From Utricularia gibba (taxonomy: Eukaryota; Plantae; Magnoliophyta), in assembly GCA_002189035.1 (NCBI GenBank), contig NEEC01000104.1:1-29980 (forward strand): 29,980 nucleotides of DNA. Direction: 5' to 3'. Position 1 is the first letter of the stretch; every line of letters starts with the position of its first letter. Positions 1-13,670 of the stretch are shown one piece after another. The position numbers and the translations under genes are program-made. The notes under the pieces are model-generated. The model did no database searches, had not been told where the DNA came from, and worked only from the letters and a program-made list of their open reading frames with translations.

Positions 1-1
1 G

Positions 2-899
2 AAGTACATGCTGAAACTCGACAATGAGAACTTGCCCATTGAACACATTACTAAAGGAATCATGTTTCTGGACCATGTGTTATGTCGGAGAGTTGTGTAC
101 CCAACTCTGAGGTATACAGCTACTGGGGAAAGATAATAAGTGAAAAGGTGTTGGGACTCTACTGTCTGTCACAGCTAGCTTGAAACAGTGTATCAGGCAA
201 TTCAGGAAATTGAACTTTCTAAAAGGGGATCGAGATCCAGATCCTCAACCGTGTTTCAGGATGTTCCATGCCACTCAGGCACACACAAATGCTCAGATGA
301 ACAAGTTCTTGTCAACCATTGTCGAGTGGTATCGGTATGCTGACAACAGGAAAAAAATTGTTAATTTTTGTTCATACATTATCAGGGGTTCCCTGGCAAA
401 ACTGTATGCTGCAAAGTACAAGCTACGATCCAGGGCCAAGGTTTACAAAATAGGGTCTCGGAATTTGAATCGCCCTTTGAAGGAAAAGAAAGGGCAGTCA
501 CCTGAGTATCACAATTTGTTGAGAATGGGGCTGGCCGAATCAATTGATGGCGTTCAATACACAAGAATGTCTCTTGTACCTGAAACAGATTATTCTCCGT
601 TCCCAGCTGGCTGGAGGCCTGACCACGAAAAAGCTCTGCTTGAATATATAAAGCTTGATGACTCAAAAACTCTTGAGGACCAACGTGACTGCCTTAAAGA
701 ACAAGGCCTGATTTCTCCTCAAGATTACATCTCAATGTTGGTTTGGAATTACAAAAGAAATAGTGTTACATTAAATCGCTCCTCCTCAGTATTAGATGAT
801 ACTCGGACGTTGCTCGGGTCAAATGACAAAAACAATGTTAGAGTATATACAAGTGATGAAGACAAGGAAGAAGGGGTTCGTGCTATACAATCCTGCTAG
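2..899 (+). CDS. nMAT2: Nuclear-encoded group II intron maturase, C-terminal part (domain X region); 5'-truncated by the window edge
   Basis: Frame 2 from base 2 reads KYMLKLDNENLPIEHITKGIMFLDHVLCRRVVYPTLRYTATG. Two 1-base losses (G-runs 125-128 and 147-148) shift it into ORF 180-899 (LKQCIRQFRKLNFLKGDRDPDPQPCFRMFHATQAHTNAQMNKFL...WYRYADNRKKIVNFCSYIIRGSLAKLYAAKYKLRSRAKVYK). These motifs are recalled from Arabidopsis nMAT2-type maturases; nMAT1 versus nMAT2 is from memory. Confidence 0.85.
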
Positions 900-1697
900 T
901 CATGTGGTTCTTTTTGGGGGAGTTTTAGTCGACTGCTCTGCAGCCATTGCCAAAGTCCTATCGGGTGGGCAAGCATATATTACTAAGATTGCTCTAACCT
1001 TCGAATTCGTGATCATGGTTTCAGTTACAGTGGACTTGTGATCATGTTTAGTTTATGAACGTATCTGCATGTGAAAATCTGCATCTGCAGGCTGATACGT
1101 AAAGCCGCTTCTGACCAGTTTATATGCTAGTTTTGATTTTTGATGACTACTTCATGAAGTTCACGAAGCTTGGTTCCTCGGTGAAGTCCCTAACCTGCTA
1201 CATGAGTTTTTCGCTCACATGGGTGATGAGAAGCGTAACAGAGGAAAGTTGAAAAAGACACGGACTGTTTCGTACTTTTGTAGGAAAAATGTGGGTTTTC
1301 AAGAATGCCCCACTGCAAAATGGTCTCAGAAATTAGAAACACTCCAAAAAGAGAAAAGAAGCAGGTGAAGAAAAAGCTACTAGTGAGACTGAAAAGATAT
1401 AGATGAGCTTTGGAAACTGAATAGCCTTTTTGACTTGTTTTCAGGCTCTGTCTCACTTTTTTCCCTCCGCACCACGCCACCAGAATTACAGAATGAGATG
1501 GAGAGTTCACTTTCAAACATAAAAATTTAATTTGGTCTTTCGAAGTTTTCAGCAGTTTATTCTCTCACTACAAGCTAGCAGGCACCAGTCCATCACATTC
1601 TCCTCGAAACTGCCACCCCACTTTCTCCACTACTTGCCCTTTGCTGTTATAACCCGCTTTGCTTCTCTAGGTTACACATTTTCGAAAGTTCAGGGTG

Positions 1698-3562
1698 ATG
1701 AATCAAGAAGGAAAAATGGGCGTGGGAGCTGAGGCTGTAGCTCATGAACCCGAAGAAACTGAAGCGTTTTTGGATGTGAGTGATACTCCTGTAGCTGATG
1801 AAACCAGCAGCCCAGAAGAAAAAGAAGCTGTTTTGGTAGAAGATGACTTGATCCCATTGAACTCAGAAAACTCCTGCTTATCGCAAGAGAATGCAGCTTC
1901 TGCTGTTGCTGAGGGAGAAGAAAACACCAGATTTTTAGATGCTCTTCCTGAAAATGAGCGGGCAGTGTTGCAAGAGCTGAAGCATCTGATCCAGGAAGCG
2001 ATCAAGAATCGTGAATTTGGTGGTGATATGGCATCCAAAGAGAAGAATGCCCTGAAATCAGCCCCTGAAGCTGAAAATGAAAAAGCTTCCATCCCAGATA
2101 CAGATGAAGATGGCGCAAAAACTGTAGAGGCCATTGAAGAAACCATCGTTTCTCGAGCACCATCGACTCCAACCATACAAAACGCTCCGGAGACAGTTTC
2201 CGAAGGAGTCTCAATTTGGGGAATCAAGCTGTTGGAAGACGAGAAAAGCGATATGATTCTATTGAAGTTCCTTCAAGCCCGTGAATTCAAAGTAAAGGAA
2301 GCCTTCACCATGATGAAAAACACCCTCAAATGGAGAGATCAATTCGGGATTGAAGAACTCATGGAGGAGGATCTTGGGTTCGAAAGCGATTTGGAAAAGG
2401 TGGTTTTCATGCATGGCCGCAGTAAACAGGGACACCCAGTTTGCTACAACGTCTACGGCGAGTTTCAGGACAAAGAGCTCTACCAGAAAGTGTTTTCCGA
2501 TGTGGAAAAGCGGCGGAGGTTCTTGAGATGGAGGATTCAGTTTCTTGAGAAAAGCATAAGAAAACTAGATTTCACCCCAGGTGGGGTTTCAACCATTATT
2601 AATGTTAACGATCTCAAGAACTCCCCTGCACCAAATCGATGGCAACTTAGACAAGCCGTGAACCAGACTCTTCATCTGCTCCAAGATAACTATCCTGAAT
2701 TTGTAGCAAAACAGGTACGCGTTTAAAGCTCAAAATGTAATCTTCACATTTTTTTTAACTGTTTGTATCTGCAGATATTTATCAATGTTCCATGGTGGTA
2801 TTTGGCTTTGAGCAAAATGATTAGCCCTTTTCTGACACAAAGGAGCAAAAGCAAGTTCATTGTAGCTGTTCCTGCGAGATCAGCAGAAACCCTCTTGAAG
2901 TTAGAATGATTTCACATGAATCTTTTACTTTAAAATCAGTGTTAACAGGGGAGTATGCATATATTGGAGTTCTAAAAAGCGTTGTTTACAGATACATATC
3001 AGCAGAGCAAATCCCGTCACACTACGGTGGGCTCAGCAATGAAGGAAACATTGAAGAAGACAACTGTGCCAATGAAATTGTTCTGAAGCCATTAGCTAAA
3101 CACATTGTGGAGTTCCATGCCAACGAGGTTTATACTCATTTCATTTCATAGCATAAGAAAGAAAGAGAACTCTACTGATGTTCATTGGATTCTATGCGTG
3201 ATGATGATAAAAACTTGGCCCCTTTACACTTTTTAGAAAAAATCATGATAAAGTTGATTGCTTTAGTAAGAACCTTTTTACTTTCTGGTGTCATCCAGGG
3301 ATGCGTTGTGATGTGGGAAGCAAGAGTTGTGGGATGGGAGGCGAGTTACAGTGCGGAGTTCGTTCCTAGCGCTGAAGATGGATACACCGTGATCATCAAG
3401 AAGACACAGAAGCTAAAGGCGTCGGCTGAAACGGAAGAGAATAAGCTCATTGCTGATAGCTACAAAGTTTCAGAACCCGGGAAGCTGCTGCTTACATTTC
3501 ATAATCTCACCTCCAGGAACAAGATCCTTGTTTATCGCTTTAACTCCAAATCGTCTGTCTAG
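1698..3562 (+). CDS. PATL: Patellin (Sec14/CRAL-TRIO lipid-binding domain plus GOLD domain)
   Basis: Acidic N-terminus, then IWGIKLL..DMILLKFLQAREFKV, HPVCYNVYGEFQDKELY, DNYPEFVAKQ|IFINVPWWY..ISPFLTQRSKSKF, YISAEQIPSHYGGL, and GOLD WEARVVGWEASYSAEFVPSAEDGYTVII..EPGKLLLTF. GT-AG exons at about 1698-2714, 2775-2899, 2992-3127 and 3299-3562. Confidence 0.92.
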
Positions 3563-3768
3563 TGACAAGTTTCACAACACTTGCTGCTATCTTCATCCTA
3601 ATTGCCTGTATGAATGAAAAATATCTACTTCTACATGCATCCTTCCATTAATCAAAATTGTTACAGCACTTTCTGAAGATTTAAAACCAACTTATTTCCA
3701 ATTAACATACAAGTCTTGCATTATGTTTGACAACTGAACACAAGACGCATTGGCGACAAAGGTAATTT

Positions 3769-6700
3769 CTAGGATGGAAACGCACTACCTCTAGTTGGAC
3801 GACAGACATGGTTTCTCTTACGAGCATGTTCTTCGTTATGGTGCTGTGTCCGGCACGCATATCCATACCAGCAATCCTTCCTCTGGGTGGCTTCTGGAGG
3901 TAGATACTGCAGAGGGGAACTCCTTACGTTCAAGCAACTGCTATCTGTTGAAGTAAAGGTGATAAAACGAACACTGAGATATAAGCCTCACCTGTTTCGG
4001 CAGCGAGGTGCGGAACCAATACAAGAGATATGAGACAAACTTGTCATAACAATCACTGCAAATGCCATCAGAATCAACTATTGAATAATACTACATTTTT
4101 TGGTGGCCAATCTGCTCAATTAGAAAATGAAAATGAGTACAGAAACTCACTGGCAAACATGCGCCTGAGGAGTAATCGTCTCAGCATGGTTCAAATTAAG
4201 CCTTGACCGATCTGAAACAGGGGATTTCTGTTCTGTAAGAATGACTCAACTTTCTAGTCAAAACAATATCAATGACAACAGAGTGGTTCCAAGGTTGCAA
4301 AAGGTGATTCAACGGTGTTCCTCTAAGACCATTTCAGGGTGCTGAATGTGGAAATGCTAGATACCTATCTCCCCATCACCAAACCTTCTTGTCCATTCGG
4401 CAATGACATCCTGCAAACTTCTTCCCGTTCTCCTGATACACTTTTCAGTTATCTGAAAAGAAACACTTATAAACATCGTAGGAGGAAATAAGGCAAAGAA
4501 AAGTTCCATTACATCATGTTCATGTCGATTCTTCTCATGTGCAATGAAAGGTATCCGTGCAGCAGAATGTGCAGAAATCTGCAATACAAAGGAAAATACA
4601 TTCACAAATAGCGAACAAGAAAACAAGAATGCTAACTAAACATAACATAATGCTCTAATAAGCTGATTTTAATAGCAATCTATCATCATAGCTTCAAAGG
4701 TATATTAAAAAATCTTTGTAATATTCCTCAAAAAAATAAATAAAATAAAATAAAACAAAAACATGATACATGAGCTTCAAGACAACACAAAGAAAACTGA
4801 AATGTGCTCACTGGTTTCAAAGTTTCATGGTTGCACCAAGCATACGCATCAGAAGCATCAATACCCATGGCATTCCAATAGGCACCACAAAAAGCTCGAT
4901 CACATCCCAAGCCTGTAAAGAAATTAAAGTGATCAATATTACAACAGCTCACACTGAATGCTAGAACACTGGCATTCAGTAAAGTAAGGTTTAACGTGCA
5001 TGAGAATCTATAGAAATTACAATGTTGCGGTACAGGGGCATCCGATCTAAAAGGCATCATTCCACCACATGCTTGGCATTGAAGATGAACTGTTGTTGCA
5101 TTACAACGAAAGCCACCATATGCCATAACTGAGGCGCAACATAATTTAAGAGGGTGATTATTGACTAAATTGGAGAAAACTTACAGTAGAGACAGAGGAA
5201 AAAAAATGAACAAGGCATCTAAAGCTATGCATAGTGCATTTTAGCACATGTTTTTAAAGCAACGGAGTTGACTTGTATCCTGAAACTGAATCTACAAATG
5301 AAGGAAATTCTGTTATTACCACATTGTGGGCACTGCGAGTCATGTAAGTTATCCTCATGTTCCAGAGCAAGAGCCCTCTTCCGACCAAGTAGTCTCCCAC
5401 CACGAATAACCTTAACAACATGACAGGAAATTGCAGTTACCTAGTCTGAAAACTGTCCAAAGAAACTTCCACCATGCCTTAAAACATAGAAAATGGAGTG
5501 ATTTATCTTCTCTGAAAACAAAAGTACTCACCAGGGGTGATTTAATGGACGCAATGGAGACCATGAGCGCAAGTTCCTCATTTGAACGTCTCAGTGAAGA
5601 ATCAGAAAGCACGATGTCCTGCACAAGTATGTAACATGAATCGAAGAATAACCATACAGAAAAACTGGGGACATAAAAAGTAGAACATTACACCTCATCT
5701 GGACTACTAAAGAAAATATAAAACAACAGGAAAAAAGAGAAAGAAAGTAAGTTGATGTAACATATGCAGCTCGAAACCAGAAATTGACATCCTCAAAAAA
5801 CATCAGTAATAAACTGAAAGAAAGAAAATGAGAACGAAATAGGTAAGCAAGAACGAGAGTGAACCTCTTCAATTGCACGTAAAAAATGGTTTCTTCCTAC
5901 AAACTGTACTTCGGTTCTACAGTGAGGGCATAAGACCTGGAAATGTTTCTCTTGACATGTTTTCAACCACTCTGAGAAACACCCATTGCTGCAACGAGAG
6001 GCAATTGTTGGTGTCAGATTTCAAGGTTTGACAATGGCAAAACTGGATGACTAAATAATGCTATACCAGAAATTGTGAAGGCAGGGTGCTACTGTTACGA
6101 CATCATGCCAGACATTTAGACATATAGAGCATTTCATATGTTCCGGATTAATGCTTATCTATAACCAAAAAACTAACATCAGAGTCTGTAACTATAACAA
6201 AGACAAAAGCTTCCGTCAAAAATTTAGAAGCTATGACTCACACATATACCTTCAGCTGCTTCTCGGAATCCGAATTTGGCATTGCTTTAAACATGTACTT
6301 CAAGGAACCTAAAAATGTAAAGCCACAATGCAGGAAAACTTTAGAAAACGCAAGGCAATAAAAGCTAAATACACTACTTTAGGGAAAACGGATAGCACTG
6401 GGATAACCAATACCTATTACAGTGATCCCCTAGACTTAATAGAAAACTAATCAATGCCCCCAAAATTTAAAAACGTAGCCCACCAATTTAACCTACAGGA
6501 TGATACTAAGTAAGTGATTCGTATAACTGGAGAACTTTATATCACTTCTTACCATCAGGATCAAGGCCAAGAATTATTTCACTGCCACACGTCATGACTG
6601 CAGAATGATCAGGTTGAACAGCTTCACCATCGATAGTGATCGAACAAATGCTAAATTGCACGATGGAAGAAACTCATGTCTAATCAGAAACCACTACAGA

Positions 6701-7377
6701 GTGTAAAATACAAACGAAAAAAAGCATACTTGGATGGTGAAATTCTGAATACCTCTTGTTTATTATTGTGGCGGAGACTTGGTCCTTTCGCCTAATTATC
6801 TTGCAAACAAATTCATTCCCACTAGAAGAACCCCCATTCTCCAAGGAGATAGCCTCCTCATTTCCTCTTAACTCTACATCAGAATAGTCGGAGCGCAGAG
6901 GTACTGCCCATAAATATATATTAGTAGTTTAAAGAACTGAACGTCCGCCCAAATGATAAATCGATTTAAATCCTGAAACTGCAGAATTATGATTGAAAGT
7001 TTTGCAGGCAAATAACCCAGAATTATAAAAAACTATAAACAACAAAAATCAACCCACATTCTACGAAAGGCGCCATTTAACCATTAGCAATTAAAATCTG
7101 TGAATACTGAAAAAAAAACAACAAAACAGAAAAATTACAGTCCCACTTGCTGCGATCCAAAATCACAAACAACTCCTTAAAGACTACAAAAAGAACATGA
7201 GAACACACAACACTAATGAACGAACTGACGTAAAGAAGCAGGCTTCGACTTCACGGCATTAAACCCATATCAAGGTTAACAAAACCCATTTTTCCATACT
7301 TCTGGTTCTTCATTACCTAGTTTCGCCCACACATCATCATTGGAAGAATTTGAACTCGAGCTCTCTACTCTATCCAT
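3769..7377 (-). CDS. CHFR-like E3 ubiquitin ligase (FHA-like N-terminus, RING, Cys-rich region, C-terminal PBZ-like zinc finger); multi-exon
   Basis: Exon 1 (7377-7317) MDRVESSSSNSSNDDVWAKL; exon 2 (6903-6753). RING: CSICLNVWHDVVTVAPCLHNFC..NGCFSEWL..LCPHCR. Cys-rich region: HLQCQACGGMMP, GCDRAFCGAYW. Last exon: RKDCWYGYACRTQHHNEEHARKRNHVCRPTRGSAFPS* (TAG at 3771-3769). Resembles Arabidopsis At1g47570 as recalled. Confidence 0.88.
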
Positions 7378-7871
7378 CGTATCGTACAATCTGCATCGAC
7401 AAAACTCAACCCAGCCCCAATTAAAACCCTTGCATTACAAAAAAAAAAAAAAAAAGAGCAGAGTGCTTTTCGTTAAAACCGGGTCAGAGCAATACAGGTT
7501 CCGGGGCCCGAGAGTCCGCTCCAGACCAACGGGCAAGACTCTTCGAAATTTGTTTTATATTTTCAAAATTAAAACCAATAAATTAATTTGAAATACACGT
7601 ATTATAACATTTGAAGAGTATTTACCCAAAATTTTGAAATTATAATTAAAATATGAAAATTCAATTTCGAAATATCAATATAATAATTTGGAAAATCTAC
7701 AACTATGCGACATTTTTTATTATTAATATACTTTAATAAATAATATTATAAATTATTTTTATACTTTAATTCTTGTTAATTTAAGATAAGGCCACCCCCT
7801 GACTCTTGAACATCGCTCGTTCTTGCAGATTTCATTGGCCCACAATGTGTGGCGCTGCTCGTTGGCGGGGG

Positions 7872-7907
7872 CACGTGGCGGGCCAAGAGTGGGGCAACGT
7901 GGATAAG
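7872..7907 (+). promoter_or_regulatory. G-box plus I-box-like motif in the divergent CHFR-like/RBL9 intergenic region
   Basis: CACGTG at 7872-7877, GGATAAG at 7901-7907, and a further CACGTG at about 8158. This combination is typical of light-regulated nuclear genes for plastid proteins. Confidence 0.4.
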
Positions 7908-8393
7908 CTGGGATTCCTCTAGTATGACAATCTGCAAATGCAGGATGTCATCCACAAAAGCAGTTCTAATAATGGACATTAGCGTCTTAAGTGGAATGTA
8001 TTCCTCTCCAGTGTAATCCGCGTTCAATTTCGGGCACCCCAGGTATTCTACCTGCAGGTAATGAGAATATGCACTATTGATCTCGGAGTGTTCGATGAAA
8101 TGTCTAGTTCAGGAATAGAAAACTCTGTTGATAACTAGTTGGGAGGGAATCTGTCCGCACGTGGGGTGTGATGCCAATTGGCAGGGCTAAAAAAGGGATG
8201 CCTGTAGTGGATTCAAGTAAGGTCTATGAGTTGTAGTGGCCATCATAAGCTGTATGTCTAGATCATCTTTCTTGTCTTGTAAAGCTACTGTACCAAGAAT
8301 ATGGTGTCCTGATTGCATCTGAATGATCTTAACAGGGATTGTAACATCGTTTTGAGAAATGTATCACTTATTTTAAACACTTTTGTAGGTAAA

Positions 8394-10234
8394 ATGGCCA
8401 CGATTTCTAAATGTAGGGTGTGGTGCAGAGATCATAATCTGTTTATTCCGACAGGTAATTGATGAACATTGCCATGAACTAATAGCTTCGGTTTTGCTAC
8501 TGTAATTGTAAATTGGGATATACGATATTTCAGGCAACTGGGAAGGTGTGTTACACCTTGCAACTAATAAAGCAACGAATCCTAGGTATGAGAAACTGGG
8601 TTTTCCTTGTTATTGAGTTCATAAGCTGACATTTTTAGCTCTAGTGGCAGGAACCGTTGGAAGGGAAGGTACCGCACAGTTATCAGAGCACTCAGTTCTT
8701 TTGAAAAGCATAAAAGATCACTAGATTCTTACATTGAGAAACTCCATCAAGATACATCCTTTCTGTCCCTGAAATTCCTGAATCCCATAGAGGAAACTAA
8801 TGATAGTCATGAAATAGACAACAGCTTCAGGCCCTTGGAGAATTATCTTGATAAAGATGAAGTAGGTAATATCACTTTCCATGATCTTATCTGCTGCTGA
8901 TTACTTCAAAGCAGCAATAATCACAGCAAGAGACTGATGTAGCTGATGTGGCAGGCAATAATTTCCTGGAAACTAGAAGCCAAAGTCAGAGATTTTTGAA
9001 AAATTATATGGAGTACGGAGCTGATGGGGATGGCCTCAATCAGATTTCTGAGGATGAAGCTTTCAATTTCTACGTGATGTAATGTTTTTTTTTTAAATTA
9101 AATGTTATGTAGCTCAATGATATCCAACTGACGCTTTTTTGTGTTGGATCCTTTGGCAGAGGCACACTGGTTTCTATAAACATAGCAGTTTTTCTTTTCG
9201 AGATAGCTTCTCCAGTAAAGATCTCAAACTGGGGGCTGGTTTCACTCCCACAATTTACGGAGCCAAGATAAATAGCTTGATTTTAACTGGAGAATGGTGG
9301 AGATTTGTGACGCCAATGTTTCTGGTACAAGGCTGATGACTCGGTTCGTGCTTTGATACTATAATAATGTTCACCCGTAGGATGATGCTCTCATGTTGCA
9401 TGTTAGCCATTCCCATACATAATCCAGATGCATCTTAAATGTTGTGGAAAATGTTCAACTTCTCTGGTTTTTGTGCTTCATAGTCCATCTTGAAGGCCCT
9501 CTCTCTCAGACTACTCATTTACTTGGTTGCAGCATACTGGAATCTTGCATTTACTTCTTGGTAGCTGGACCCTCTTCACTTTTGGTCCCCCAGTATGTGG
9601 GGCTTATGGTTCATTCACCTTTCTACTTATATACATTCTTGGGGGCATCTCCGGAAACTTGATAAGCTTTTTGCACATCCCAGATCCAACAGTTGGTGGG
9701 ACAGTAAGTTCTTCACCAATAATAGCATGGTTTATCTCTCTGTACACTCTAGCTAATGAATCAAAGCTTCTTCCCCAGGGACCTGCCTTTGCTGTCATTG
9801 GAGCATGGCTTGTCTATCAAGCTCAAAGCAAAGATGAAATTCCAAGGGAGCTATCTGACAAATTGTACATGAAAGCAATCATCGCCACCGCCCTGAGCTT
9901 CATCATCAGCAGCTTTGGCATGATCGATGACTGGTGAGCCAGCCTCCTTCAGCACCTGTGATTCATCACAGAAACTCATCTCAACATTCAACCTTATTTT
10001 CTTCCTAGGGCGCATTTCGGATCAGCCTTCTCAGGCATCACATACGGACTCCTAACATCCCCCACTTTCCAAGTGAAGGATGCTCCATCTCCACTAAAAG
10101 GTACACAGGAAGACCGAATCGCAATCGTAAAACGGTACGCCGATCCCTGCAAGTCACTTGCATACTTCTCCGTCCTCCTCTTCCTTCTCAGCTCCCTACT
10201 CTTCATCTTCGAGCCTCCATTGGCCCTAGATTGA
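8394..10234 (+). CDS. RBL9: Rhomboid-like intramembrane protease, plastid RBL9 type; multi-exon, with one apparent 1-bp deletion
   Basis: KRSLDSYIEKL (about 8710), LVSINIAVFLFEIASP, then a shift at CCC 9247-9249 into PTIYGAKINSLILTGEWWRFVTPMFL. Further exons 9533-9703 (HTGILHL..GGISGNLISFLHIPDPTVGGT), 9779-9933 (GPAFAVIGAW..IDDW) and 10009-10234 (AHFGSAFSG..YADPCKSL..LD*). The start codon and first two small exons (8394-8454, 8534-8585) are tentative. Confidence 0.82.
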
Positions 10235-11114
10235 GCTCCCTAGTCTACCAATATATATAGCTCCGCTTGCTTGTGTATCCGTACATGGGTATTTGCTTTT
10301 TAGGCTTCCTTATTGGGCCTTTAGCCCATTAATGCTACACATCCCTCACATTTTTAATTTTAATTATTTTTAATATTAAAATAAAATTTAAAAATAAAAA
10401 AAATAAAAAAATAAATATTAACTGTGCAGGTTGACCTAATTGTCCCTGCCTTTTAGAATTCCAATCACATCGAGACAACAAGAATGAGTCTTAATCCAGG
10501 CCCAATTACTAATTATTTTTTAAAAATATAATATTTTAATGCATTATTACCGAACTTAGGGGGGCAATCCTCTGCATTTGGCATCATGAAAGTCCCACAG
10601 GCTCCCATAAACCCAACAAGCACTATACAATATCGTATCATGATAATATATTATATTTAAATTTTAATATATTTTTTTAATTAGAAACATCGAAAGTGAT
10701 ATTACATTGCGCCTGCCTTTTACCTCCATCCCAAAATTTTTGTAAATATGTTAAATAATTTGTATAAAAATAGATATCTTTATTTTTTTATTTTTTAAAA
10801 TAAAAGGTGTTATTAATAAAATTGTACACTACTACATTCTTTTTCACATATTTAGATAACATAAAATAAATATAGAATGATTATTTTTTTATATATAATG
10901 TCTGACATATGGTCAAAATTCTAATTCGATTGTTACTGAAAAAAGTTGCATTTTCCATGAAAAAAAAAGGTATTCTTATTGGAATGTTAAGTATCCACAT
11001 AAAATCGGATTGCAATTATTAAAATTGGATTAAAAAAATGATTATATATGGAGGGCTTCTTGCCGTTGCTATTTATATATGGAGGAATTTTGTGTGAGGG
11101 TATTGTTGGGGAGG

Positions 11115-12961
11115 ATGGGTAGTGTGCTGGGGCTAATGGCGGTTGCGGCGGGGTTTCTGTGTCTCTGCTTCTTGATGAAGCATGTTTACCAGACGGTGTG
11201 TAGCTACTTGCTGACACCCAGACGCATCAAAAGGGTAATGGAGAGGCAAGGGGTGAAGGGCCCGCCGCCGCGGCTGTTGGTCGGAAACCTACTGGAGATG
11301 GCGGCGATGGTGAAGGAGACAACCGCCGGGGATATGGATGGGATCAGCCACGACATCGTCGGCCGCCTTCTTCCGCACTTCGTGGCGTGGTCCAGAGCTT
11401 ACGGTGGGGTGAAATGGATGGATGATTTTTGGGGTTTGTGTGTGTCTGGTGGTGATGGAGATGCCGGGTTTTGCAGGGAAGAGATTCATATACTGGAACG
11501 GGACGGAGCCGCGGATGTGTTTGACGGAAACGGAGATGATCAAGGAGCTGCTCTCCAAGCACAGTACGAGTTCGGGGAAGTCGTGGCAGCAGCAACAGGG
11601 ATCGGAGCACTTTATCGGCAGGGGACTTTTAATGGCGAATGGCGACGAGTGGTACAAGCGCCGCCACATCGTCGCGCCGGCGTTTATGGGGGATAAGCTC
11701 AAGGTAATTGATTAATCTGCTGATATCACGTGAATAATATATATGCATTTTTCGGATTATTATTCTGGGCGTAGAGCTACGCAGGGTGCATGGTGGAATG
11801 CACCAAAGAAATGGTGGAGACGCTACGGGCGGCGGTGGAGGGAGGCGCGACGGAGGTGGAAATCGGAGAGCACATGACCCGGCTGACGGCGGACATAATC
11901 TCCCGGACGGAGTTCGACTGCAATTACGAAAAGGGGAAGCAGATTTTTCATCTGCTCACTGATTTACAGCAGCTCTGTGCTCAGGCGACTCGCCGGTTTT
12001 GCTTCCCCGGTAGCCGGTAATTCTGATAGTGATGATTTTCCATTCCAAAGGTCTACGCTTTTTGAGAAAGAAATATTAATATTTGTGGGTCAAAACCTCA
12101 GGTACCTTCCTAGTAAATACAACAGAGAAATAAAGATGCTGAAAAAGGAGGTGGAGAAGCTGCTTATGGAAATCATACAGAGCCGCCGCGACGGGGTTGA
12201 GATTGGCCGGCGAAGCTCTCACGGCAACGACTTGCTCGGAATGCTTCTAAACGAAATGCTATCCGGCGACGGGCTCTGCCTGAATCTTCAGCTGATAATG
12301 GACGAGTGCAAGACGTTTTTCTTCGCGGGCCACGAAACCACCGCGCTCCTCCTCACCTGGACAGTGATGCTCCTCGCCACGAACCCGTCGTGGCAGGACA
12401 GAGTCCGGTCGGAAATCAACGACTTTTGCGGCGGCCATGTGCCTTCCGTCGACCACCTCTCCAAACTCACAATGGTAAGCCATTCCCCCGTCCCCACCCT
12501 GAATCATTAAACCCCACTAACAAGATTCCCTCTTTCCAGCTAAACATGGTGATCAACGAATCTCTCCGGCTATACCCGCCGGCGTCCCTCCTCCCCCGAA
12601 TGGCCTTCGAGGACATTAAGCTAGGGGACCTCCACATCCCAAAAGGACTCTCCATTTGGATCCCCGTCCTAGCAATCCACCACAGCAAAGAAATATGGGG
12701 AGAAGACGCAAACCAGTTCAACCCCGGCCGGTTCTCCACCCGGAGCTCAGGCTCCGGTCGGAGCTTCCTACCCTTCGCATTCGGACCTAGAAACTGCGTG
12801 GGACAAGGGTTCGCGCTCATGGAAGCCAAGATCATATTAGCAATGCTGATTCCCAAGTTCAGGTTCACCATCTCCCCAAATTACCGCCACGCCCCGTCGT
12901 CGTCCTCACCATCAAACCCAAGCATGGAGTTCAAGTGTGCTTGAACCCCATCACTCCCTAA
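11115..12961 (+). CDS. CYP735A: Cytochrome P450 CYP735A (cytokinin trans-hydroxylase); 5 exons
   Basis: Exons 11115-11403, 11477-11703, 11775-12016, 12102-12474 and 12540-12961. Motifs: DISHDIVGRLLPHF, GKRFIYWNGTEPRMC, LIMDECKTFFFAGHETTALLLTW, ESLRLYPP, heme motif FAFGPRNCVGQ. Restoring one C at 12892-12895 gives the expected end HAPVVVLTIKPKHGVQVCLNPITP*. Confidence 0.92.
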
Positions 12962-13585
12962 ACTCCACGACACAAACTACACCTTCCTTTCCACACAGGC
13001 CTCTATTTTTGCATCGAGATTGTAATAAACAGACCATCCAAAACAAGTGAAATTTACCACAAGAAAATACACACAAAGGAGATGAGCGAATCTAGTGGCG
13101 ATCCAACCATGTGGCCGACTCGGCGACATACAATCAACAAAAGAAAACAATGAACTGCTACAGCAAATATTTGTTTATATATATATTCGTATCATCATCA
13201 CCTTTCTTCTTTTATCATGGAAAAAGTCTGGGCACCTTTGTGTCCCCAATTATTATCAACATCATCGAAGGCAACACAAATATCGTTTGTCTTGGGAGAA
13301 CAATAGAGGGCGTTCCAAATTTTTTCTAATTTGATCAATATTTTTATGTACTTTGGTTTATTTAATTAGATTATTAATTTTAACATAATATCATAGTACT
13401 TGTTTTGCGGCATTGTTTGAGTGGTCAAGATGAGTTTAGTATTGGTATGAATTTTGATTAAAAAAATAAGAAGATGCATTAAGTTTAAGTCATAAAAATT
13501 AAATTTACCTATGATTTAAAGACTAAATACAATCACAAAAAAACAAGTATTAAATAGATTTAAGATCAATTCTAATTCAGAGTGA

Positions 13586-13670
13586 ATATTAGAATAAACA
13601 ATATCACATCGATATTTTAAAATAAAATAATTAAGTATATAAGAAATTACATATCAATAATAATTGATTG
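13586..13670. repeat. AT-rich dispersed repeat, copy A
   Basis: Ungapped manual alignment to 15850-15934 gives about 69/85 identities (ATATTAGAATAAACAATATCACATCGA.. versus ATATTAGAATATACAATACCACATCGA..). Confidence 0.55.

Noticed and set aside
1141-1230. C/D-box snoRNA starting TGATGA
   Set aside because: No D box (CTGA) at a suitable distance and no terminal stem.
1742-2227. Long antisense ORFs over PATL, CYP735A and other CDSs (e.g. 1742-2227, 11289-11702, 12467-12871, 22707-23096)
   Set aside because: Shadow ORFs opposite well-supported genes, with no independent motifs.
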